From Eledone cirrhosa (taxonomy: Eukaryota), in assembly GCA_964016885.1 (NCBI GenBank), contig OZ024742.1, positions 355,570,001-355,634,000 on the forward strand: DNA of 64,000 bases. The letters run 5' to 3'. The first letter of the stretch is position 1. Every line of letters begins with the position of its first letter. Below, piece after piece: positions 1 through 13,651 of the stretch. The notes under the pieces are model-generated. The model saw nothing but the letters and a program-made list of their open reading frames with translations, did not search any database and had not been told where the DNA came from. A program made the translations under genes and the position numbers.

Positions 1-3000
1 GAGACTAGAATGTCATGTGACAGACTCTCACCCAACAGGTGCTCCCTGGCTCAGCAGCAGGGACCTGGCTGTCAACCAAATACTGCTGGTGTCGGAGGAA
101 GAAGAAGAAGGAAAGAGACCAGAACCAACTGGACGAAAGAATTGAATAGAACTGTTATGCAATGTTACCTGAATAGTAACCCCAAGGAGAGGGGCTATAG
201 GAAACGGATGCACAACATCTGGAACGAGATTGGTCTATTTAAATTAGATGAACAAAAATTGGCCTATTTAAATTAGATGAACAAAAATTGGCCTGGCAGG
301 CTCGTGTATAATAACTAATGGGTGGATAAGCGAGCTGGAACTGGAGGAACTGAGCAGAGAGATTAGCATGGAAATGGAGAGTGGAGTATGCCAGGCAAAC
401 GAGCCAGCGGGAAATGAAGGTGAGGAGGTCGAGAAAACGGAGGAACCACCCGAAGCAGACAATGCTGAGATAAATAATACCTGGAACAGAGATACGGCCA
501 CTGAGGAGATGAATGCTGACGGGCTAGGACAAGATTTGGTTGATATCCTAAACTTAGTGGTAGATGAATTGAACAATGATAGTGGGAAATCTATGAACCT
601 AAGATTTGTAGACATGAAAAAGTTAAAAGAAACAACAGCTAAGGTAAACAAAGTCATCCCATACCTTGAGTCGAGGAGCCTTCACCAGTGCAACACTATC
701 CTCAAAGCAACAGCAAATACGGTGAGGAAACTACTTGGTATAAAAGCGAGAGGAAACAACAAACAAGAAAGATCAGAGCCATGGTGGAAGAAACGACTGA
801 GTGGTCAAATCGGGGAAATGAGAAATGACATTGGAAAGCTTGAGTCCCTACTGAATGGAACACTAAAAAACATAGACACTAAAAATAGACTGGAAATAAA
901 GTACAAAACTAGGAGCAAAAACTAAATATTATCATAGAGGAACTGAAGCAACGCATTGTTGCAAAGAGAGCAAAAATCAGGCGATACGAGAACAGAGTCA
1001 GTCAGTATAGACAGAACTGCATGTTCGACAACAACCAGAAGATGCTGTTTGGACAGCTTGAAGGGAAATAAAGAGGCAACGACCTGATCCCTGAAGCGGA
1101 ACAAACTAAAACATTCTGGAGACGAATATGGGAGCAGGATATTAAACATAATGACCAGGCAGTGTGGATTGAGACAGTACAGAAGGAAATTAGTGACCAG
1201 GCACACCAACAAATTGATTTGAGTATCACAGTTGAAACTCTTAAGGGGTATTGGATTACAAATATAACATCCCTCCACCCAAAACTGACAACCATGTTCA
1301 ATTACTGCTTGATGTCAGGTGAGGTACGAGAGTGGTTGACAAAAGGTACCACAGTTCTGATAATGAAAGATCGAATCAAGAGTAATGATGTTACCAACTA
1401 TAGACCTATCACATGTCTGTCCGTAATGTGGAAACTGTTGACAAGCATTATGTCTGAGGAAATCTACCATCACTTCCATATAAACAACTTGTTACCGTAC
1501 GAACAGAAAGGATGCCGAAAGAAGTCACGTGGTACAAAGGACCAGTTACTTATTGCTAAGATGGTAATGAGGAATTGCAAGAGGAGACACACTGGTCTTG
1601 CCATGGGATGGATAGACTACAAAAAGGCATTTGACATGGTGCCTCATTCTTGGATCACCAAAAGCCTGGAGATCTTCAAGGTGGCAAATAACATCAGACA
1701 GTTGTTGGGCAAAAGTATGAATTCCTGGGAAACAGAATAAAACTGGAGAATCCTTGGGAAGCGTGAAGATGAAGAGAGGTATCTTCCAGGGAGATATTCT
1801 GTCCCCTCTGTTGTTTGTACTTGCCCTGATGCCCCTGACCAGTGTACTGCGAAAAGTGAGAGCAGGATACAGGTTGGGAAATGGAGGGCTTACCATCAAT
1901 CACCTCGTCTTCATGGACAATCTTAAGCTCTTCGGGAAGAGAGAGAAGGAGTTGGATGTGCTTGTTGACACTGTCCGTATTTTCAGCAATGATATATGTA
2001 TGCAATTTGGTATTAGTAAGTGTGGAGTCATTGTGATGAAGAGGGGTAAGTTGAGCAGTAACGGAATCCAGGTACCAACAGGTGAGATGATAAAGGAAAT
2101 TGACTCTGAAGAAGGATACAAGTATTTGGGTGTTCTGGAGGCTGATGACATCAAGAACAAAAAAATGAAGGAATTGATAAGAACTGAATACATTCGGAGA
2201 GTAAGGAGAGTATTAAAGTCACATCTGAACAATAGGAATGCCATAAGTGCAGTAAATTCCCGAGCTGTGTCTATTATTAGGTACACTACGGGAATTCTGA
2301 GATGGAATTGCGCTGAACAGAAAGAAATGGATAGGACGACTAGGAAGCTATTGACTATCTACAACATGCTCCACAAGAGGAGTGATGTCGATAGACTCTA
2401 CTTAAGGAGATCTGAAGGTGGACGAGGTCTTATCAGCATAGAGGACTGTGTTCAGATGGAGAAAAACAACCTACACAAATACGTGACTGATAGTAAGGAG
2501 CCAATGCTCAGAACTGTACTGAAAGAGGGGACAATCCACCAGGTGATGTCCAAGGAGGAAATAACATCAAGGAGAAAGAGCAGCCTTCAGGAAAAAATCC
2601 CTTCATAGTACCTTCTTTGAGAAAACTGAATTCAGAGATCCACAGACATGGAACTGGTTGAACAGAGGAGACCTTAAAAAGACTACAGAAGGAATGTTAA
2701 TGGCTGCGCAGGAGCAGGCCCTCAAACGAAGTGGTTGAAACACCATATTTACAAGGAGGAGGCTAGCCAACTGTGCAGGATCTGTGGAGAGAGAGAGAGA
2801 GGAGACTGTGGCTCACATTGTATCCGAGTGTAAACACCTAGCCCAGACTCACTATAAGGGCTGGAGACATGATGTGATAGGCAGGGGGATCCACTGGCAG
2901 CTATGCAAAGTAAATAATTTACCACATTCTGAGAAGTGGTATGAGCATAAGTCAGAGTCGGTGATACAAAACGATCAAGTGAAGGTGCTGTGGGATTTTA

Positions 3001-3205
3001 GGATACAGACGGACAAGAAACTGGAACACAAAAGACCTGACCTGATGGTTGTGGACAAAGAAAAAAGATCGTTCCTGATTGTGGATGTGGCCTGCCCATT
3101 CGAGACGAGAGTTCAAGAGAAGGAGAGGGAGAAAATTAACCGATACCAGGACTTAAAGTGGGAGGTAAAAAGGATTTGGAACTGCCATGAAGTCAAAGTG
3201 GTCCC
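1..3205 (+). mobile_element. R4/Dong-clade non-LTR retrotransposon, family A, decayed (RT, CCHC finger, restriction-like endonuclease)
   Basis: ORF pieces 10-276, 368-925, 1162-1740 (NYRPITCL, EQKGCR, WIDYKKAFD), 1754-2608 (GIFQGDILSPLLF, FMDN, YKYLG) and 2784-3205 (ETVAHIVSEC, RHD, KRPD, VDVACP). Frameshifts include a ~29-bp duplication at ~232-292. Confidence 0.92.
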
Positions 3206-4880
3206 GAAAGATCGAATCAAGGGTAATGATGTTACCAACTATAGAACTACCACATGTCTGTCTGTAATGTGGAAACTGTTAACGAGCATTGTGTCTGAGG
3301 AAATCTACCGTCACCTCCATATAAACTACTTGTTACCGGACGAACAGAAAGGATGCCGAAAGATATCCCGTGGTACAAAGGACCAGTTACTTATTGATAA
3401 GTTGGTCATGAGAATTGCAAGAGGAGACACACTGGTCTTTCCAGGGGATGGATAGACTACGAAAGGGCATTAGACATGTTACCTCATTCTTGGATAACTA
3501 AAAGCCTAGAGATCTTCAGGGTGGCAGATAACATCAGACAGTTGTTGAGTTAACATCGACTGGAGAATCCTTGGGAAGCGTGATCCAGGGAGATAGTCTG
3601 TCCCCTCTGTTGTTTGTCCTTGCCCTGATAACGCTGACCATTATACTGCGAAAAGTGAGATCAGGATACAAATTGGGAAAGGGAGACCTTCCATCAATCA
3701 ACTCCTCTTCATGGACGATCTTAAGCTCTTCGGGAAGAGTGAGAAGTTGTTGGATGCACTTGTTGACACTGTCCGTATTTTCAGCAATGTTATATGTATA
3801 CAATTTGGTATTAGTTAGTGTGGAGTCCTTGTGATGAACAGGGGTATATTGAGCAGAAGTAACGGTATCCAGGTACCAACAGCTGAGATGATAAAGGAAA
3901 TTGACACTGAAGAAGGATACACATATTTAGGTTTCTGGAGTCTGATGACATCAAGAATAAAATGAATGAAGGAATTGATAAGATCTGAATACATTCGGAG
4001 AGTAAGGAGCGTATTAAAGTCACATCTGAATAGTAGGGATGTCATAAGTGCAGTACATTCCCGGGCTGTGTCTATTATTAGATACGGGTGCGGGTATTCT
4101 GAGATGGAATGTTGCTGAACAAAAAGAAATGGATAGGAAGACTAGGAAGCTATTGACTATCTACAACATGTTCCACGAGGAGTGATGTCGATAGACTCTA
4201 CTTAAGGAGATCTGAAGGTGGAAGAGGTCTTATCAGCATAGAGGACTGTGTACAGATGGAGAAAAACAACCTACACAAATACGTGACTGACAATAGGGCG
4301 CCAATGCTCAGAATTGTCCTGAACGAGGGGACAATAGACCAGGGGATGTCCAGGGAGGAAATAACAATGAGGAGGAAGAGCAACCTTCATGAAAAATCCC
4401 TTCATAGTACCTTCTTGGAGAAAACTGAAGTTAGAGATCCACAGACATGGAACTGGTTTAAAAGATGAGACCTTAAAGATCTAGAGAAGAACTGCTAATG
4501 GCTGCGCAAGAGCAGGCCATCAGAACGAAGTATGTGAAACACCATATTTACAAGGAGGAGGCTAACCCACTGTGTAGGATCTGTGGAGAGAGAGCGAGGA
4601 GACTGTGGCTCACATTGCATCCGAGTGTAAACACCTAGCCCAGACTCACTATAAAGGCTGGAGACATTATGTGATGGGCAGGATGATAACTGGCACCTAT
4701 GGAAAGTAAACAATTTACCACATTCTGAGAAGTTGTATGAGCATAAGCCAGAGTCGGTGATAGAAAACGATCAGGTGAAGGCGCTATGCTATTTTAGGAT
4801 GCAGACGGACAAGAAATTAGAACGCAATAGGCCTGCCCTGGTGGTTTTGGACAAGGAAAAAATATCGTGTCTGATTGTAG
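3206..4880 (+). mobile_element. Second, more diverged partial copy of Dong family A fused in tandem
   Basis: At ~3206 the sequence restarts at gaaagatcgaatcaag, equivalent to ~1364, and runs to the equivalent of ~3085 with many indels. Confidence 0.88.
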
Positions 4881-5015
4881 AGTAGAGATGATAGAGCTGT
4901 GAAATGTTATTTGCATTAATTCCGACTCTTATTAAAAACCGCTTTGTTTCCCTCCAAGGACTATGTAGAAAATAAAAACTTTATTTGGTCATTCCATAAG
5001 AGTATCTTGGTCAGC
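4880..5015 (-). repeat. Inverted, diverged copy of the ~150-bp unit tandemly repeated at 7747-8180
   Basis: The reverse complement gaccaagatactcttatggaatgaccaaat...catagtccttgg...gaaacaa...aattaatgca...atttcacagctcta aligns to 7897-8030. Confidence 0.7.
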
Positions 5016-6685
5016 ATATGAACTTCTTAGCCGACCGACGTACAAAGAATTTTAGAGATTAATAGAAGCTGGATTTTGATATCCCATTTAGTTAGTTATC
5101 TTTAAATGTTCATATGTAATTGTCTTATATATAATACTATAGAGTAACAGGTAGAGCTCCCGGTGAAATATAATCACGTACAATTTACAAAACAATTTAC
5201 TTTCATTTATATCATTAAATCTCTTTGATATCATTATGATGCGATCGAGCACTATTTTTTATTGAAATATTCAGACATGAAATGTATAACAACCGTAGTA
5301 ATTTCCTTAAATATTCACTAATTATTCCAGGTTAAAAACAAATCGATATTTCTAAGTGATGTTTGGTAATAATCAAATACTACATGTTTTTCACAAACAT
5401 ATGTGATATACAGATCTAAAGCACTGAGCAACATATCTATATTTCCTCAATCGATAACTTTCCGTCATGATGTAAATAATCTATTTATTCAATTGATGTT
5501 ATCATGCTGCAATCTTAGGATTTAAACCACATGTAATACGCAGTTTCATTACTCCTTTGCAAATCAATTCTATAGTTGTATCTATAGGTCAGATGGGACC
5601 TTTGAAATTCGGGTGATGTTTTCACTGGTCATAAATATCTTCGAAACGAATCTACATTCTTCTTATCAAATGATTTGTGATAATTTCAATTTTCTCTGAA
5701 TTTAATTTAGTAATAACTGACTGGCGCCAGTCATGTCTTTAATTTCTCCTGAAAACGTTTGCTGGAGATCTTTGTATTTATGGCAATTTATAACGATATC
5801 TATTTCGTTATGATCATATAGATGGTTGAATGAAATTATCAATAGAAATATCGCAGAAGGCTGAATGGAAATATCATAAATGAATTGTAGTTCAGATATT
5901 TATTACCATATGCACACATAATTATTCACGTATATGTCCAAGCATATGTATACATTTGCATATCAATCTATACACATTCATATAATTCAAACTGGGAGCA
6001 TATACAAACGAAACAAGACTAGAATATTTACAATAGAAGTTGGTTGGCTGGTAAACAGGCAATCTAAGTCATGTTTCCCGGTATTATGTTTAAGAAACTG
6101 AAATTGAACAAATTCTAGCTTGAGGATATGGATCTAATCAATTTATCAATTAGGAATGTTCGGAATATCTTCCAATGACAACGACTGATTGGAAGTGTAA
6201 ATACTTCCCTTTAGCATTCAGAGGATGACGAATCCTAAGGCAAGAAAGATTCATATAGTTTGACCTAATGGTGTTACAACTAAATGAAGCAGAGATAATT
6301 GAATGATTTATGATAAATTCACGATCTTCCATCTCGAGGCAAATATTTGATTTAATATAGAATTCAACCGACTAAAGTATTGTCATGCGTTTTCTCTATA
6401 TCATATTCAAATATTACGAAAATTTGTTCTAATCCTTAGATAGAAATACCAAGGGAACCGTAAATAGTATTCAACAATGAATAAAGAATAAATGATGAAA
6501 GAAACTACTTTTAAAAGGAAAACATCGATGAAAGTGAAACTGGTCGATTGTTTCATATGGAATAGAAAGCAGCATGAAATATTAATTAAGGTCCTGGTAA
6601 TTCAAGAAATACAAGTAAATAAGTGTTGATGTTATCTCTCTTTCACTCACTGCCTCCATCTCTCTCATTCTGTCCATCTCTCATT

Positions 6686-6868
6686 TGGCAGTATCGGTAG
6701 AGGGTTGGACACCATGCTTTGACGCATAGAGTTACGGCCCTTGCGATTCTGAGTTCTAATCCCGCCAAGGTTAACTATGCCATTCATCCTTACGGGGTCG
6801 ATAAAATTAAGTACCAGTAATGCACTGAGTAATTGCTGGCCTTGTGCAAAAGTAGAAACAATTATTAT
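6686..6868 (+). mobile_element. tRNA-derived SINE, family 1
   Basis: A-box-like tggcagtatcggtagag, B-box-like gagttctaatccc, central gccattcatccttacggggtcgataaaattaagtaccag, and tail ending gtagaaacaattattat. Confidence 0.85.
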
Positions 6869-6879
6869 AAGCAAATTGG

Positions 6880-7110
6880 GACCCATTTGCTGGCTACCCA
6901 GCAAAATAAAGAAGGCGTTTCCCCAGAGGTTGTTGAGGGTGACGGGTTTGAAGAGCCATTCTAGATCAAGAAGCACACACCTGCAGGTAGCCAGCTCCGT
7001 TCCGTAGTGAGGTGATGTTAGGGCCAATAACACCAGAGGTCCCCACAGCTATGGTCTCGACCGCAAACCTGTCGGAGAACGACCGATGTTTGGAGAGTTT
7101 ACCCTCCTCC
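6880..7110 (-). mobile_element. 3' fragment of a CRE-like (RLE) non-LTR element
   Basis: Minus-strand translation EEGKLSKHRSFSDRFAVETIAVGTSGVIGP ... EWLFKPVTLNNLWGNAFFILLG resembles the K..KY / ET.G..G / L.Q.S..RGNA C-terminus of CRE-clade proteins. Confidence 0.5.
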
Positions 7111-7746
7111 TAAATCGTGTTATTCATATTAAGTAAAATCAGAAACTAAATTGAAAGAATGTATGAAAATAAATATAATTATTTCAATAAAGTCGATAAT
7201 CAGTAAAATGGAAATATAAATGGCATCAATGTATTTGTAAGGGTTTTGATATGAAATTTGGTGATGAAACATTGTTAGATTTGGGGAGGGTTATGTTGTC
7301 CTAGTATTGCCAAAAAGTAGTAAAACACACTCAGTTATTATCGCTGTGTTTCCTGCTATTGACAATGGAAGGAACACAGCATTAGTTACTGAAGATGTCA
7401 CACAAATGTGTGACGCAAAAGCTTCGAGAAAATATATATATGTTTGTATTTTATCTGTTGGTCAACCAAAGAAAAACATTGATTGCCAGCTAAATTAATT
7501 ATAGAAATCTAAAGATATACTGAAGCGAACAACAAACCAAACGGTGAGTGTTTTTTACTACTTGTTCTCAATATTAGGAAAGCATGACTGGAAAATGAAA
7601 CAATATTCGTTTGAACACACAATTTCATATTTAAAAAACTTGCAAAACAAATTTATCACCGGAAATATAAATATAACTACTAAAAATCTAATAATGTGCA
7701 TTTAGAGATTAGTTAAGGAATGCATGAATCTAAAGAATAAATACAA

Positions 7747-8180
7747 TACTCTCATGGATTGACCAAATGTGGTTTAATTTGCAACATAGTCCTTGGAAAG
7801 TAACAATGTAGTTATCAATAAAAAGATTTTAAATTAATGTATGCAAGATTTCACATCTCTACCAATACTCTTTCACAGGCTGAAAGGTTCAGAGACTGAC
7901 CAAGGTACTCTCATGGAATGATCAAATGAGATTTAATTTTCAATATAGTTCCTGGAAAGAAACAATGCAAGTATTAATAGGAAGACTTGAAATTAATGCA
8001 TGCAAGATTTCACAGCCCTAGTATCACTCCTTCATAGGCTGGCCTAGATAGTCTCATGGAATGAGCAAATGAGGTTTAGTTTTTAACGTAGACCCCGAAA
8101 AGAAACAATGCAGTTATAAAAAGAAAGAGTTGAAATTAACGCTTGCAAGATTTCACAGCTCTAGCATCACTCCTTCATAG
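7747..8180 (+). repeat. Three diverged tandem copies of a ~150-bp unit
   Basis: Recurring ctcatgga(t/a)tga.caaatg...aacaatg...aaattaa.g..tgcaagatttcaca at ~7747, ~7906 and ~8051. Confidence 0.85.
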
Positions 8181-8537
8181 TTATCCAATGAACGTTTTTA
8201 GCCTAAACTCGATCATCATTATCATCAGATGTAATCATCGTTTAATATCACTGTTTTTTTACGTTTACCATTTAATATGTATATAGTTGATCCAAGGGAA
8301 TTAAGCTTTCAGGAAGTATATTACATACCATACAAAACACTTCCTGAATGCTAAGACTAGTCGCCCCGTCGTTTAAAATGTAACAGATTGATGATTGGCG
8401 AGAATAACTGAAACTACAATATGATGAAGAAGAGAAAGAAAATCCATACCACACCGTCCTTTGTGTGGGCTAACAAGGGACACGTCCAGGCCTTAGGTAG
8501 CCGGGCCTGTTCAACAAATATATTATGGTCTCTATAA

Positions 8538-8728
8538 GACGGTGGATTGACTGTATCGGTAGAGGGTCGGACGCCATGCTTTGCAGCAAAGAGTTACGGC
8601 CATTTATGGTCTAAGTTCAAATCCCGCCCAGGTTAAATTTGCCTTTCATCCTTACGGAGTGATATAAAATAAAGTACCAGTAATACACTGGGATAATTGC
8701 TGGCCTTGTGCCAAAAGTAGAAACAATA
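8538..8728 (+). mobile_element. SINE family 1 with probable TSD
   Basis: Full SINE consensus, flanked by ta(t/g)tatggtct at 8521-8531 and ~8727-8737. Confidence 0.88.
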
Positions 8729-9113
8729 GTATGGTCTGCATTTCATGCTGTAAACACTGGTGATAGGCCTTCGACCTTTCCTGGGAGGCGTGGGATGGAC
8801 GCACAAAGATTGCCTATCTCGAGACACTAAAGGATGTCCGGAAGAGAGTAAACCTTGACAGTTGGAACCTGAAACAGTACAGCCCTTACAGGTAAGGAGG
8901 GTAAAAAAAGGAAAAGAAGAAGAAAAGAAGAATAGAAAAAAAGAAAGGAAGCACAAAGAAGCAGGAAGTGTATTGTATTTATATATAAACTAATTTTGAG
9001 ATGTAAAATGTTTGAAAGAAGTAATTTGAGTTAAATAGAAGCTGAAACATATTTAAAGTTTTACCAGAAATACCTTAAAATACCAGATAATAAAACAATA
9101 GGAATACATTAAA

Positions 9114-9330
9114 CTATTATTTCTACATTTGGCATGAAGTCACTAATTTGGAGGGAGGGGAAAGTCGATTATATTGATACCAGTTCTTAACTGAGACTTT
9201 ATTTTATCGACCAGGAACAGATGAACCAAAGTTGACCCCGACGAGATTTGAACGCAGAACGTAAAATGCCATAACTATATGCCACAACACATGTTGTCCG
9301 ACGATCTCCCGATACTGCCAATCCATCATC
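9114..9330 (-). mobile_element. SINE family 1, diverged
   Basis: actttattttatcgacc...gatttgaac...cgatactgccaatcc. Confidence 0.8.
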
Positions 9331-9976
9331 CATGTTTCATTGAATAATAAACACTACGTCAATGATATATATCTTGATCGTCTGAAAATTAGGATCAAGT
9401 CACCATCAAACCTCACTTACAACTATCAAAAATATTGAATAATCTCGTGCTACTTATGCCATCTGGGAAAAGACGAGATAACCAACAATTTCCTGTCTAT
9501 GACCAGAGGTTTCGTGAATAGGTTTTCACATGAAGTCTATCAATTCATAATATCTAGACAAAGAGTAAACGGTTATAGTAGACGTATATCCGTCACATAT
9601 CATTTCATCTACTTAAAATAAATGAATGCTTATATTATGCAATGCATTTCTATATGCATTATATCTGACAAGCAAGGCATTGGAGGGCGTAGGTCCTACG
9701 TTGGGCTGAATACAAAAACTTCGACCCTAAACCAGAAATAAAAACAAGATATTGTTATGTTTCAGAAAGATTTCAAGATCGCCAAATATATCAATTAATG
9801 AATAAAAACTCACATATTCCTGTCTAATATTGATTATCTTTTGAGAGAATCATGAGGGCTGAGATTATACTTATACATATATGTGTTCAGTGGGAGGGAG
9901 AGATTGAGAGGTTGGTGGAGAGATAGAATGATTTCATATGTTTGGGGGGAAGACTTAATCCATTGTCAGCATTTAC

Positions 9977-10326
9977 CAACACCAACTAGATATTGGCTGC
10001 CTCGTGTGGTATCCAGCGTACTCCAACCATCCTGGCTGGGTCTCCTCTATCATAGAACATTTTACCTTCAAGTCAGTTTCAGAGAAACAGATAATCTCAA
10101 GAGGACAACGTCGTTTTTCAAAATATGTTGCAGAGGATTTCTTGCGGTTTGCCTTAAACTGTGTGAGAATAGGTAGAATAATTCCTGTGAAGAAATTAAT
10201 AATACTTTTAGTACTAATAGAAGGGAAATGGGTGTAAGAAAAGAAAACGCTTTATTAACTGACCTGCGTTTATAGTTGAGCTCATTTACCTCCGGGGTAA
10301 AAACCTGCTGGTTTAGAGTTTGCCAT
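9977..10326 (-). CDS. Candidate two-exon start of an unidentified host gene (exons 10326-10290 and 10184-9977)
   Basis: A 37-nt ATG-initiated exon with a G|gtaaat donor, a 105-nt intron with a ttaatttcttcacag| acceptor, and a phase-compatible 208-nt open exon with a TG|gtaaat donor. Product: MANSKPAGFYPGGIILPILTQFKANRKKSS...YHTRQPISSWC. No family recognised. Confidence 0.3.
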
Positions 10327-11394
10327 TCAACCCCTTGGAATAGTTTATGTATCTACTCGTAATGCACTGAAACTACTTCTATATGCCATTCACCACAGCA
10401 TCGCTGGTTTATATTTAATATGTATACCAATAAACTATTGAAATAATGCTTCAAATAAGACTTAATGAGATAACTCCTCACAAAATACCGAAGACTAGAA
10501 TATCTATTGTAAATGAATGACTTCATGAAAGTAATCCTTTAGCATAATTAATCATACATACAACTAATAGATTTAATTCAAATATTTCTTTGTGAATCGT
10601 ATAATAAATGATGCTTGATATGTATCACATAATTACCGTATGTGATAATGTAATAGAATATTTATAAAGATTTGCACCTAATTAGAAAGCACGTGAGAGT
10701 TTCAAAAGGACAGAAGAATACCTAAGGAGACACGAATTCATGATAACCACCAACAGTTTCACAGCAAGTCTAAATGTATTTACATTCACTTAATAAACTG
10801 AACTATACTGAAAGTCATGACAAATAGTTTATGTACCATTTTTTAAGTACACTGTATTTCTCCACTCAATAAATATTTTAGAAAAAGGTGTAGTTCTATA
10901 CATGTTTCATTTTAAATGTATTTTAAAGTGTTAATTATAAACTATTAATTAAGAATATAGTAATGATTTGAAAATACATCGACCTCAATTCACAACATAT
11001 GAATGAAATCTATTAGTTGAATTATTTATTCTTAAAGATTTCTGTCGCAAAATAATTTATTTGAAATAAATATTCATTTCCCGGCTACTTTAATTAGGTA
11101 ATTTGCTATAAATTATTGTTTTAATGATTTCTATTTGTACCACAAAGCCAAACATGTGCAGATAGTGACATATTAAATTAAATCGATTTCCTTATGTTTG
11201 GTGTGACTATCCTAACACACCTAGTGTGCTGAAGTATAAAATACCCTTTAACAAAATGTTAACACTACACATATGGCTCATAACTATTGAGGGTATGACG
11301 GAAACCTTTATAATATAGGGCCTATATCATCAAATTATGTCAGTGTTTTGTTTTTCGATATAACATTTGCGGCTCGTTACAACGTTGTAAAGAG

Positions 11395-11945
11395 TGTTTA
11401 GCGGTATTCCTTCCGTCTTTGCTCCTTCAGTTAATATCCCACGTGTGTCAATTCGGCCTCTCATCCTTTCAAGGGCGAGGCAAAACGTTCCAGTCTAGTG
11501 CTGGGGTCAATTCTTCCTCTATGTCTCTTTCTCACTGCCATTTTCTCACTTACTATCTTTCTACAGTGTTCAGACATAGAGAGGGATGAACTCCGCCAGG
11601 TTTAACATGTCAAGAATACTCTGTACGACACTACAGCGTCCCTATGACTCCCTTAGGAGCTACAGGACAAAATGATGTGTTCAATCTATAGTAACATGTA
11701 AGTGTGTATTTATATTCCAAATAAAAGAAATCACCTACCATTGATTATGCCACATAAGGTAATGGTGGTAAGTGAGAGAATGGAAGTGAGAAAGAGACTT
11801 AAAGCAACAATCGATCCCAGTACCAGGTTGACACTTTTTGTCTCGACCTCGAAAAGACGGAAAGCAGAGTTTACCTCCGCGGTATTTGAACTGAGAGAAA
11901 GATAGAGTGAATACCACAAAACAGTCCATCCGACGTTGTAACGAC
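11395..11945. mobile_element. Two old SINE family 1 remnants (+ at ~11395-11510, - at ~11810-11945)
   Basis: gcctctcatcctttcaagggcg on +, and tcgacctcgaaaagacggaaagcagagtttacctccgcggtatttgaactgag on -. Confidence 0.6.
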
Positions 11946-12978
11946 CCTGCAAATATTATATCGGAAGACAAACATTGATGGAGTTTTCCCTTCTTATTCT
12001 TAATAGTTATGAACCATAGGTTTAGTGTTAAAATCCTGTTAAAGGTACATAGTAACCTAAATTATCATCATCATTCTTTCCATTTCTGTGATCACAAATA
12101 ATACTTCAATACATTCAAATCAATCAAATTTCTAATTTATTCTTTTAATTACGTTTCAGTTCAATTTGCATCAGCTAAACCATATCTGCTAAAGAATATT
12201 CCAATAAAATACCTTATTTTGGGGATCCAAAATATATGTTACATATATGAACAATATCTTATATACTCGTATATCAAAACATTGAATTAGTATTAATTTA
12301 AGTAGTATATAAAAACAGAAAAGTATTTAAGAGAAGCGATTTGAAAATATGGAAGTGTATCAATTGCAAAACATTGTTTTGTGGATGAGAATAAAATATA
12401 TCGCAATGTTATTTATGAATAATATGTTTCAATGTTTAGCAAATAGGTAAATATAGGTCCCATGTCCCAGTGTGCGTCCCCGAGATTGATGGGAGGAAGG
12501 TATATATCGGCAAAAAGAAAACCTAATCCAGACAATTGCAACGCAGTGGAGACCGCTGAAGGCATTAATGACCAGGTGGTAGTATTAAACTGGACAAACG
12601 ATTAAGTCTACATCCCATGTAAAGCCCACCGGGATTGAACTCAGAACGGGATAGCCAGGATAAAGAACACAAGGAATGTTGCCCTGTGCTCTCTAATTTA
12701 TCCACCCAGAAATACTGGTTTCTGACGTAGGCACAAGGCCAGCAATTCCAAATTTGATCTCTGCCAGATTTGAAATCAGAACGCAGAGATCCTAAACAAA
12801 TACAGGAAATATTCTTCCCTATGTTGTAATAATTCTCTCAGTTCACAGTCTACATAAGAGTACCTGGTTGTAAAGGAGTAACAGAGTAATCGTGACAAGG
12901 TTTCTATGTATATAAAGTTTTCCTATTCTTTATGTAGAAGCATCCTAAGAAAGCATTTCTAGGAAAGAAGTAAATAAT

Positions 12979-13168
12979 TGTTTCTATGTTTGGCACAAGA
13001 CCAGTAATTATCCAGTATATTACTGGTACTTTATTTTATCGACCCCGTAAGGATGAAAGGCAAAGTTAACCTCGGCGGGATTTGAACTCAGAATGGCAAG
13101 GGCCGTAACTCTATGCGTGAAAGCATGGCGTCCGACCCTCTACCAATACTGCCAATCCACCGCCACTC
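12979..13168 (-). mobile_element. SINE family 1 with 18-bp TSD
   Basis: Near-consensus copy. aggaaagaagtaaataat occurs at both 12961-12978 and 13169-13186. Confidence 0.92.
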
Positions 13169-13651
13169 AGGAAAGAAGTAAATAATAAAAGCACATTGTT
13201 GTTTTTAACCTTATTGAAATGGGAATTAAACCTGTCAAACATTTAGAGCTGGAACAATTTATCAATGACCGTAGTAAATAAAACACACCAACAGAGAAGG
13301 AGGGTGTGGGGGATAATATATTGTCAACGAAATCTGATGTTTAGCCTGTAATATCGAAAGCGTGTGACTGAGGGCCATATCTTACTAATAATCATGATTT
13401 CATGTCCGTCCGCCTGTACTTCCGAGTTGTTCGTGCATGGGCATTGACATGTTCAATTAAAAGACATTTTTCAGTGCAAGGTTTTACTAAAATGTAAATA
13501 ATATAACAACAACGATACTAATTGAGTTGTAAATAATGGGGTAAATAACGATTCCAATGTAAATAATATATTCAATATGTTTCTGTGTATATAAGAATAT
13601 GTAATTTTACATATATACTCATTCTTCCAGCTCAGAATATAGAGTTGTCTA

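Noticed and set aside
8380-8895. Possible plus-strand exon ending CAG|gtaagg
   Set aside because: In-frame stops in the frames examined and a SINE insertion in the middle; no recognisable product.
13090-13165. tRNA genes at SINE heads
   Set aside because: A and B boxes are present, but there is no full cloverleaf and each continues into a SINE body.
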